Below, piece after piece: positions 55,748 through 64,000 of a stretch of 64,000 nt of DNA. Numbering within the stretch: position 1 is the stretch's first letter; the number at the start of each line of letters is the position of its first letter. The notes under the pieces are model-generated. The model was not told the DNA's origin, made no database searches, and was given only the letters and a program-made list of their open reading frames with translations. This stretch comes from an uncultured delta proteobacterium (GTDB lineage: Bacteria; Desulfobacterota; RBG-13-43-22). Made by a program: the position numbers and the translations under genes. Where the stretch lies: positions 1 to 64,000 of the forward strand of contig CAWJJC010000012.1 in NCBI GenBank assembly GCA_963843145.1, read 5' to 3'.

Positions 55748-58700
55748 ATGATCACCGACATCAACAGCGAAGACCGTCTGGTCCAGCAGACGTTTGCCGA
55801 GCATCTGCACGATGAACTCGGCTGGGACAGCGTCTATGCCTGGAACCAGGAGACTTTCGGACCTAACGGAACCCTCGGGCGGACCAGTGAACGCGAAGCG
55901 ATTCTGATGGGTGATCTGCAAAGGGCGTTGGTCGACCTAAATCAGGAATTGCCGGAAACGGCCCGGGATCAGGCGATAGAAAAACTTACCCGAGTGAACT
56001 ATTCCCGATCGCTGGTGCAGCATAACCGGGAGTTCTATGGTTTCCTCCGAAATGGCGTCCCGGTGGATTGGCGCGGTGCCCAAGGGGAGACGAAACACTC
56101 CCGGGCGCGGGTGATCGATTTCCGGAATGCGGACAACAACCGGTTTCTCGCGGTTCGGGAACTAAAATTCCAGGGAATGCGGGTCCCCCACTATAATGTC
56201 CGGGCGGACCTGGTCTGCTTTGTCAACGGCTTACCGGTGGTTTTCATTGAGCTGAAGGCAGTTTACCGGAACATCCGGCAGGGGTTCGACAATAACCTTT
56301 CCTGGTACCTCGACCCGAACGTCGTTCCCCAGGCTTTCTATCACAACGCCTTTCTTATCGTCAGCAATGGTGATCATGCCCGTTATGGATCTATAACCAG
56401 CCGCTGGGATCATTTTGTCGAGTGGAAGCGAAATTCAGAAAATGAAAAAGGCCGCATGGAGGCCGAAGCCCTGCTGGAAGGGATGCTCGCCAAGGAGAAT
56501 TTACTCGATATTATTGAGAATTTTATTCTGTTTGACGACAGTCGGCCCGGCGGAACCCGGAAGATCATCGCCCGAAACCACCAGGTGCTGGGGGTGAATA
56601 ACGCCGTCGCCTCGGTCCAGCGGCAGGAAGACCTTAAGGTGGAGTTTCCAATGGACCGAAGGCTTCTTTCTTATACTTATACCGTTCCTGTATCCGAGAT
56701 AAAAATCGCCGCGGAAGAAGGTAAAGGAGGGGGCTCCGCATTGATCCTCAAGGATAGAAACCTGGAGGAACTGCCCCTGGTGAAGCGGGCGCATCCGGAC
56801 CTTGGCCGGTTGGGGGTTTTCTGGCATACCCAGGGCAGCGGCAAATCCTATTCCATGGTATTTTTTACCGAGAAAGTCCGACGGGTAGTACCGGGGAACT
56901 TCACTTTTGTCATCATGACCGACCGGGATGATCTGGATGATCAGATCTGGAGGACCTTTATCGGTTGCAGGGCGGCGGATGAGAAGAATCCGCGAGCCAA
57001 GTCTGGTGACGACCTCAAAACACTCCTTTCTGAAAACCATCGTTTTATTTTCAGCCTGATCCACAAGTTCAACCAGGAGGTTACCGAACCGTATAGCGAC
57101 CGGGACGACATCATCGTCATCTCGGACGAAGCCCATCGGACCCAGGCCGGGAAATTTGCCCGCCATATGCGATTGGCGTTGCCGAACGCCTCTTTCATCG
57201 GTTTTACCGGCACCCCGCTGTTCAAACACGACCATTTGACCAAACGCATATTCGGAGGATATGTCTCGCGCTACGACTTCAAACGTTCTGAGGAGGACAA
57301 TTCAACCGTCAGGCTGGTATACGAAAATCGGGGAGAGAAGTTGGGTATTGCCCGTCTCGACCTGAACGATCGAATCGCTTCGAAGATAGAGGAGGCGGAG
57401 CTGGATCCGGATCAGGACGCGTTGTTGCATAAATTGCTGGGTCAGGATTATGAGGTCATAACGGCCGATGATCGACTAGATAAACTGGCTAAGGATTTTG
57501 TCGAGCATTGCTCCACCCGGTGGGAATCCGGCAAATCGATGCTGGTTTGTATTGACAAGATCACCTGTGGCCGGATGTATCAAAGGATCAGGCCCCGCTG
57601 GGAGGCCAAACTGACGGTTCTTAAAACCGCTATCCGGGAAAAGGAAACGGAATTAGCCAATTGTTCGGACCCGGACGAAATACAGCGGATAGACAGGGAT
57701 CTTGAAAAACTGCGGGGACAAGTGGGTTGGATGGGGACCACCATCATCGAGTTCGTCATCAGTGAAGCGCAACACGAAGTGCGCGATTTTAAGAAGTGGG
57801 GGATCGATATCATTCCTCATCGGGAGGTTATAAAGACAGGTTTCCAAACGCCGGACGGTAAGCGGGTGGCCGTGGATGATGCCTTTAAAGATCCGGAGCA
57901 TCCTTTCCGAATCGCCATCGTTTGCGCCATGTGGCTGACCGGCTTTGACGTGGAATGTCTGTCCACCCTTTATATCGACAAGCCCATGAAGGCCCACACC
58001 CTGATGCAGGCCATCGCCCGGGCCAACCGGGTGTATCCGGGGAAGGACTGCGGCGTGATCGTCGATTACAGCGGAATGCTCAAAAGTCTGCGGGAGGCCT
58101 TGGCCCAGTATGCCTTGGGAGACGATGAGCAGGAAGAAACAGGAGGTGAACTGGTTGCCCCGATTGAAGAACTGGTAATGGCCCTGGTTCAGGCGCTGGA
58201 GTCGGCGGAAAATCATCTCCGGGCCCTGGGGTTTGAACCAACAAGGCTGAAAGGGGCCAAGGGATTTGATCGGATTCAGGCTCTACGTGACGCCGTGGAA
58301 GCCCTTTATTCATCGGACGAAGCCAAGCGCCGGTTTGAAATTATGGCCCGACAGGTCTTTATTCGATTTAAAGCGTTGCTGATGGAGCCCAGTGCCTTTC
58401 CCTATATCGAACGGCACGATAATATCGAAACGATCTATAAAAAACTGGAGGAAAAAAGAGATACGGCTGATGTAACCGAGATTTTGAAAGAACTGCACCG
58501 GATCGTCAACGAAGCCATTCGGGCCCAGGAACCGGGGGGTGATCATGCCGAAGGGTTGACCGTGGACCTGAGCCGGATCGACTTTGAAAGGCTGCGCGAT
58601 GAATTCGCCAAAAAGGTAAAACGAAAAAATACCGCCTTGCAGGACATCCGGGAGATTGTGGAAAAGAAGCTCCTGCAGATGATGGCCCGAAATCCCCAAC

Positions 58701-59164
58701 GGATGGACTATTACAAAAAATATCAGGAGATTATCGCTGACTATAATAGAGAAAAGGACCGGGTGACCGTAGAGGAGACCTTTGCCAGGCTATTTGATCT
58801 GGCCAACAAACTGGATGCCGAACAAAAGCGGGCGGTTCAGGAAGGGTTGAGTGAGGATGAGTTGGCCTTGTTCGATCTGCTTTTTAGAGATAATATCGGA
58901 AAGGCAGACCGGGAAAAGCTCAAGCAGGCCAGCAAGACCCTCTTGGTTTCGCTCCAGGAATTGATCAAGCCTATGCCGACCTGGACGCAAAACTCCCAGA
59001 CCCAAGCGGAGGTCAAGGTCATGGTCCTCGATACCCTTTGGGAAAAACTACCGCGGCCGCCCTTTACTGAAGAGGATACGGAAATTCTTTCCGAAAGAGT
59101 ATATGATTTCGTCTGGCAGCAGAGTGCGAGGGGACGGTTCATGGAAAATATGAGGGCCGCTTAA
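55748..59164 (+). CDS. hsdR: Type I restriction endonuclease subunit R
   Basis: AD.V.FVNGLP...IELK nuclease motif; WHTQGSGKS, DEAHR, GFTGTP, MWLTGFD and QAIARANR motifs. Confidence 0.96.
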   Translation: MITDINSEDRLVQQTFAEHLHDELGWDSVYAWNQETFGPNGTLGRTSEREAILMGDLQRALVDLNQELPETARDQAIEKLTRVNYSRSLVQHNREFYGFLRNGVPVDWRGAQGETKHSRARVIDFRNADNNRFLAVRELKFQGMRVPHYNVRADLVCFVNGLPVVFIELKAVYRNIRQGFDNNLSWYLDPNVVPQAFYHNAFLIVSNGDHARYGSITSRWDHFVEWKRNSENEKGRMEAEALLEGMLAKENLLDIIENFILFDDSRPGGTRKIIARNHQVLGVNNAVASVQRQEDLKVEFPMDRRLLSYTYTVPVSEIKIAAEEGKGGGSALILKDRNLEELPLVKRAHPDLGRLGVFWHTQGSGKSYSMVFFTEKVRRVVPGNFTFVIMTDRDDLDDQIWRTFIGCRAADEKNPRAKSGDDLKTLLSENHRFIFSLIHKFNQEVTEPYSDRDDIIVISDEAHRTQAGKFARHMRLALPNASFIGFTGTPLFKHDHLTKRIFGGYVSRYDFKRSEEDNSTVRLVYENRGEKLGIARLDLNDRIASKIEEAELDPDQDALLHKLLGQDYEVITADDRLDKLAKDFVEHCSTRWESGKSMLVCIDKITCGRMYQRIRPRWEAKLTVLKTAIREKETELANCSDPDEIQRIDRDLEKLRGQVGWMGTTIIEFVISEAQHEVRDFKKWGIDIIPHREVIKTGFQTPDGKRVAVDDAFKDPEHPFRIAIVCAMWLTGFDVECLSTLYIDKPMKAHTLMQAIARANRVYPGKDCGVIVDYSGMLKSLREALAQYALGDDEQEETGGELVAPIEELVMALVQALESAENHLRALGFEPTRLKGAKGFDRIQALRDAVEALYSSDEAKRRFEIMARQVFIRFKALLMEPSAFPYIERHDNIETIYKKLEEKRDTADVTEILKELHRIVNEAIRAQEPGGDHAEGLTVDLSRIDFERLRDEFAKKVKRKNTALQDIREIVEKKLLQMMARNPQRMDYYKKYQEIIADYNREKDRVTVEETFARLFDLANKLDAEQKRAVQEGLSEDELALFDLLFRDNIGKADREKLKQASKTLLVSLQELIKPMPTWTQNSQTQAEVKVMVLDTLWEKLPRPPFTEEDTEILSERVYDFVWQQSARGRFMENMRAA

Positions 59165-59282
59165 GGACTTAGAAAATGGGGCTATTCCGGGTTCTCCAAA
59201 TAAATTTCGATAATCAAAACAAGAAGTTGACAATAATGGCAACCTGTGCAAAAAAAGCACAAGTTGTTTGAATGGACAGCCG

Positions 59283-59426
59283 TTCGGCGCGGTAGAAATC
59301 GAGCTGGGCAATCCGGTGGTCTTAATCGTCCCCAATAATTCCGGGAAGACCTCGGCCTTGCAGGCCCTGGCGCTTTGGGAGATCGGCCCCAAGAAATGGA
59401 ATGAAAAACGCAAAGACAAATCGGCG
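59283..59426 (+). pseudogene. 144-bp fragment homologous to the 5' end of the ATPase-TOPRIM gene (59964-60107)
   Basis: Ungapped alignment, FGAVEIELGNPVV...KSA; most differences are synonymous. Confidence 0.85.
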
Positions 59427-59458
59427 AGGCGCACTCCAAACGAAGGGGGGGTATTTAA

Positions 59459-59776
59459 TTGGTCAATGAAGAACTGCTAAAGATTGTCGTAAAGCGATTG
59501 GCGGATAATTTCCACCCCCAAAAAATAATCCTTTTTGGATCCCAAGCCAAAGGAACGGCGGATGATCGCAGCGATGTTGACCTTCTGGTCATCTGTTCGA
59601 TCAAAGGGCCCCGAAGGGGGAAAATGGTGGCTATGGATCGTTCCCTGCGGGGGTTGGGGTTGGCCAGGGATATTATTCTTCTTACGCCGGAAGAGTATGA
59701 GCGGGACCGCCTCATACCGGGGACCATCGCCCGGCCGGCATGGCAGGAAGGGAAAGTTCTGTATGAATCCCAGTGA
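59459..59776 (+). CDS. Minimal nucleotidyltransferase (MNT) antitoxin-like protein
   Basis: KIILFGSQAKG....SDVDLLVI...DI...TPEE...EGKVLYE. Confidence 0.88.
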   Translation: MVNEELLKIVVKRLADNFHPQKIILFGSQAKGTADDRSDVDLLVICSIKGPRRGKMVAMDRSLRGLGLARDIILLTPEEYERDRLIPGTIARPAWQEGKVLYESQ

Positions 59777-59889
59777 CGAAGAAATCCGCTAAGAAAGTCA
59801 AAAAATGGATGGGGTTTGGGGATGAAGACCTGAAGCTGGCCCGCCATGCGCTTACCTTGTCGAGCGGAATTCCCTTATTAACACGCTAA
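59763..59889 (+). pseudogene. Truncated, frameshifted HEPN-domain toxin gene
   Basis: Overlaps the MNT stop. MNPSDEEIR/KKVKKWMGFGDEDLKLARHALTLSSGIP resembles a HEPN N-terminus (W...A.EDL..A) and then stops. Confidence 0.65.
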
Positions 59890-59927
59890 TTCAAAGGCAT
59901 TTCTCCATATCTATTTGAGGTTTTTTT

Positions 59928-61667
59928 ATGCTAACCAAATTAACCATCCATAATTTTAAGCGGTTTGGAGCGGTTGAAATCGAGCTGGGCAATCCGGTGG
60001 TCTTTATCGGCCCCAATAATTCGGGGAAGACTTCGGCCTTGCAGGCCCTGGCTCTCTGGGAGATCGGCCTTAAAAAATGGAATGAAAAACGCAAAGGCAA
60101 ATCGGCGCCGGAAAAGCGGCCGGGGGTCACCATCAACCGGAAAGATCTGGTCTCCATCCCCGTTCCGGATGCCAACCTGTTGTGGCGGGATCTGCACGTT
60201 CGGGATGTTCGGAAAAGTGAAGGGAAGCCTCAGACAAAAAATATCCGGATTGAGATTATCGTGGAAGGGATTACCAACGATAAATCCTGGATCTGTGGGT
60301 TGGAATTTGACTATGCCAACGAGGAGTCTTTTTACTGCCGGCCGCTCCGGTCAGGCGAATCGGAGGGCGAGCCGGGCCGCATGGTTATTCCGGACGAAGC
60401 CGAGTTGGTGCAAACGGCCTTTCTGCCCCCCATGTCCGGTTTGGCGGCCAATGAAACCCGTCTGGATGACGGGGCCATTAATGTCCGGGTCGGGGAAGGA
60501 AGGACAGCCGAGGTTCTGCGGAACCTTTGCCATAAAGTTTTTGAGCGTCAGAACGATTGCTGGGACAGGATGGTCGGGCAAATCCAGTCACTTTTCGGAG
60601 CGGACTTGGATGTCCCCCAATATATTCCCGAACGCGGGGAAATCAAACTAAGCTACAAAGAAAATGGAAGATCCTACGACTTGTCCTCTTCCGGCAGAGG
60701 GTTGCAGCAGACCCTTCTGCTTCTGTCTTATATGTATGCCAACCGGGGTGCCGTTTTATTACTGGATGAACCCGACGCCCATCTGGAAATCCTCCGCCAG
60801 CGGCAGATTTATCAATTGCTGGTCGATGTGGCCCGGGAAAACGACAACCAGATCATCGCCGCCAGCCATTCCGAGGTGCTGCTTAATGAGGCCGCTGAAA
60901 GAGACGTGGTGGTGGCCTTTGTGGGAACCCCCCACCGGATGGATGACCGGGGCAGTCAGGTTCTGAAGGCCCTGAGGGAAATTGGGTTCGAGCATTATTA
61001 TCAGGCGGAACAAACCGGATGGGTCCTTTATCTGGAAGGCTCTACGGACCTGGCCATTCTCAGGGCTTTGGCGGAAAAAATCGGCCATGAGGACGCGATT
61101 CGAGTGCTGAACAAACCATTTGTCCACTATATCCGAAATCAGCCGCAGGAAGTCTTAAGGCATTTTCACGGCTTAAGGGAAGCCACCCCAAAGTTAAGGG
61201 GTGTGGCCATTTTTGACCGGCTGGATCAGGAAATTCCCGCTATTAATGGAGTAGAGTGCCTGGAGTGGCGGCGAAGAGAGATCGAAAATTACCTGTGCTA
61301 CATAGAAACACTTTTTGAATATGCCAAGGCCACGAGCCAAGTCGATTCCATCGGCCCCCTTTTTGCCGCCGGTGAAGCCTCCCGCCGAATGAAGGCGATG
61401 GAAGAGGCCATAGAGGAAGTCACCCGGGCCATGGAGACCTTTGGCAAAGGTTCCCCTTGGGACGTTAATACCAAGGTCAGCGACGATTTTCTGGACCCCC
61501 TGTTCAGGTCTTATTTCAGGAGACTGGGGCTCTATAATGTAATGGCCAAGAAAAATTTCCATGAACTGGCTTACTTTGTCCCGGAGAATCAGATTGACCC
61601 GGAAGTGAAAGAGAAGCTGGATGCCCTGGTCAAAGTGGCCAATTCAGCCAAGCCGTTTGAAAACTAA
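59928..61667 (+). CDS. ABC ATPase fused to a TOPRIM-like domain (OLD-like ATP-dependent nuclease)
   Basis: Walker A GPNNSGKT, signature SSSGRG, Walker B LLLDEPDAHL, H-loop ASHS; TOPRIM LYLEGSTD, IFDRLD and RREIENY. Confidence 0.82.
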   Translation: MLTKLTIHNFKRFGAVEIELGNPVVFIGPNNSGKTSALQALALWEIGLKKWNEKRKGKSAPEKRPGVTINRKDLVSIPVPDANLLWRDLHVRDVRKSEGKPQTKNIRIEIIVEGITNDKSWICGLEFDYANEESFYCRPLRSGESEGEPGRMVIPDEAELVQTAFLPPMSGLAANETRLDDGAINVRVGEGRTAEVLRNLCHKVFERQNDCWDRMVGQIQSLFGADLDVPQYIPERGEIKLSYKENGRSYDLSSSGRGLQQTLLLLSYMYANRGAVLLLDEPDAHLEILRQRQIYQLLVDVARENDNQIIAASHSEVLLNEAAERDVVVAFVGTPHRMDDRGSQVLKALREIGFEHYYQAEQTGWVLYLEGSTDLAILRALAEKIGHEDAIRVLNKPFVHYIRNQPQEVLRHFHGLREATPKLRGVAIFDRLDQEIPAINGVECLEWRRREIENYLCYIETLFEYAKATSQVDSIGPLFAAGEASRRMKAMEEAIEEVTRAMETFGKGSPWDVNTKVSDDFLDPLFRSYFRRLGLYNVMAKKNFHELAYFVPENQIDPEVKEKLDALVKVANSAKPFEN

Positions 61668-61696
61668 TAGAAAATCTCTACTGACTGATTGTATGG

Positions 61697-64000
61697 ATGG
61701 AAAATACTGAGAATCTCAAAAAGCAATTGAATGAAGCCCTGAATGAGTGCGCTCGCCTGAAGGCTGAAAATGCCCGGTTGCGCCGGAGGCTCGGTAGTAT
61801 CCCGGAAGAGGAGGCTTCAACCTCTAAAAGTACTCTGGCGGAACCCAACCTGCCTTTTGCCCCAACGGCTTTTAAGATCACCAATGATTCTCCATCGAAA
61901 GACAAAATAGCCCTGTTTAGGAGTCTTTTTCGCGGACGGGAAGATGTTTATCCGGTTCGCTGGGAGCGGAAGGACGGCCGGTCCGGGTATTCTCCGGCTT
62001 GCGTTCTCGAATGGAAAAGGCCCCTGTGCGGGAAACCGCTGGTAAAATGCGGGGACTGCCGCCATCGAAAATTCTTGCCGGTTACTGAGGAAGTCCTCCA
62101 CCACCATCTTATTGGGAAGCACACCGTCGGGGTGTACCCCATGCTTCCGGATGAAACCTGCTGGTTTCTGGCCGTCGATTTCGACCGGAAGACCTGGCAG
62201 GAGGACGCCCGGGCCTTTCTGGCCACCTGCCATAAGATGGCCATACCGGCGGCCCTGGAAAGGTCCCGCTCCGGGAAAGGGGGACATGTCTGGCTGTTCT
62301 TCCAAAGCCCGCTTCCGGCCTCCCTGGCTCGAAAATTGGGCTGCGTGATTCTGACCCGTACTCTGGAGGAACGGCACCAACTCGGGTTGGATTCCTATGA
62401 CCGTCTTTTCCCCAACCAGGATACGCTGCCCAAAGGCGGATTTGGCAATCTGATCGCCCTTCCTTTGCAGTGGGGCCCCCGGGAAACGGGGAACAGTGTT
62501 TTTTTGAATCCGGATGGGGACCCCTATCCGGACCAGTGGGTTTTCCTGTCCGGTCTCGACCGGCTTCCGGGTGAGACCGTGGAAACCCTGGTGGGTGAGG
62601 CCTCCCGGGCCGGGGAAATAATATCCGTTCGACAAATCCCGACCGATGAACAGCTCGATGAAGATCCTCGGCCAGAGTTACCTTCCGGAAGCAGAACGGC
62701 AAGACCCCCGGCCGGACCTTGGCCGAAACAGATCCGTCTGGTGATCAGTGATTTGATCTATATCGAAAAAGAGGGTTTGCCCCCGTCCATGCTCAACGCC
62801 CTAACCCAGTTGGCGGCCTTTCAAAATCCTGAGTTTTACCGGGCGCAGGCCATGCGCCTGCCGATCTTTAATATTCCCCGGATCATTCGCTGCGCGGAGG
62901 ATTTTCCCCAACAGATCGGCCTGCCCCGGGGATGCCTGGAAGAGGTGTTGCCGTTTCTTTAATGACGGCGGCACCACCGTGACGATCGACGATCAACGAA
63001 ATGAGCCCACCCCGATCAGGGTTCATTTTCGCGGGGAACTCCGTCCCGAACAGGAAGAGGTGGCTAGAAACATATTGGGCTATGAAAATGGGATCCTTTC
63101 CGCCCCCACCGCCTTTGGTAAAACGGTCATCGCGGCCTGGGTCATCGCCCAGAGGAAGGTCAGCACGCTGGTTCTGGTCCATCGAAAACAGCTCCTGGAT
63201 CAGTGGCGGGATCGATTAGCCGATTTTCTGGATCTGCCCAAAAGTGAAATCGGTCAGATCGGAGGGGGAAAGGGACAACCGGCCGGGGTGATCGACGTGG
63301 CGGTCCTACAAAGCCTGGTTCGAAAAGGCGTGGTTAAGGATATCATTTCCGAATATTCCCAGGTTATTGTGGACGAGTGCCATCATATCCCGGCCTTCAG
63401 CTTTGAGCAGGTTTTAAAGAGGGCCAGAGCCCGATTTGTCCTGGGCCTGACGGCTACCCCAATCCGGAAAGACGGCCACCAGCCCATACTAATGATGCAA
63501 TGCGGTCCCGTACGGTATAAGGGGCAGGCCAAAAAAAGCGTTCAGGATGATCCCTTTGAGCATGTGGTCCTTCCTCGCTTGACCGAATTCAATATACCTC
63601 CCAATAAAGATCTGACCATTCAGGAAATCTATAACGCCATGCTGTTCGATCAGGCCCGAAATGACTTGATTTTCGATGATTTGTTAACCGCCCTGGAAGC
63701 CGGCCGATCGCCTCTTTTGTTGACCGAACGAACGGAACATCTCGACCTGCTGGCCGGAAGGCTTAAAAACTTTGCCAGGAATATGATTATCTTGAAGGGC
63801 GGCATGGGGAAAAAGCAACGAACCGCCATCAACGATCAAATGAAGGCCATCCCGGACCGGGAAGAGCGCCTGATACTGGCCACCGGCCGGTATATCGGCG
63901 AAGGGTTTGACGATGCCCGCCTGGACACGCTGTTTCTGGTCATGCCCATCTCCTGGCGGGGCACCTTGCAACAATATGTGGGACGTTTACATCGCCTTCA
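61697..64000 (+). CDS. Archaeo-eukaryotic primase-like domain fused to an SF2 (ResIII/DEAD-like) helicase; +1 frameshift near 62955; runs off the window
   Basis: N-part LFRGREDVY, FLAVDFD, ERSRSG.GGHVW and GNLIALPLQ. The +1 frame continues ELRPEQ...APTAFGKT...IVDECHH...GLTATP...GEGFDD.RLDTL. Confidence 0.85.

Overview
A GC-rich bacterial window. Gene content and repeat types suggest Desulfobacterota/deltaproteobacteria, which is an inference. From left to right it holds: a GntR-linked catabolic/ABC uptake cluster (atypical M24 hydrolase, LivFGMHK-type transporter, cyclase, GarR, panB remnant); two divergent secreted repeat proteins sharing a C-terminal [YF]LPLIxK motif around a RAYT transposase remnant; a GntR plus xanthine-dehydrogenase-family molybdoenzyme cluster; small metabolic genes; ychF and a near-complete type II secretion system; acyl-CoA dehydrogenase, YtxH/DUF948 and HAD genes; an orphaned sigma-54 promoter beside an ISAzo13 remnant; a hybrid sensor kinase; a phosphoesterase / Ser-Thr kinase-DUF1566 / Cys-rich operon divergent from a GNAT-acyl-CoA synthetase; and a defence island from about 51 kb to the window end. 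The island carries a type I R-M system with an ATPase plus DUF4276 remnant between hsdS and hsdR, an MNT/HEPN remnant, an ATPase-TOPRIM protein and a primase-like/SF2 helicase. Several small palindromic repeat families occur: one supplies Shine-Dalgarno sites and another is inserted in frame into hsdM. Four genes carry +1 frameshifts that may be sequencing errors. All family calls come from motif recognition, not database searches.
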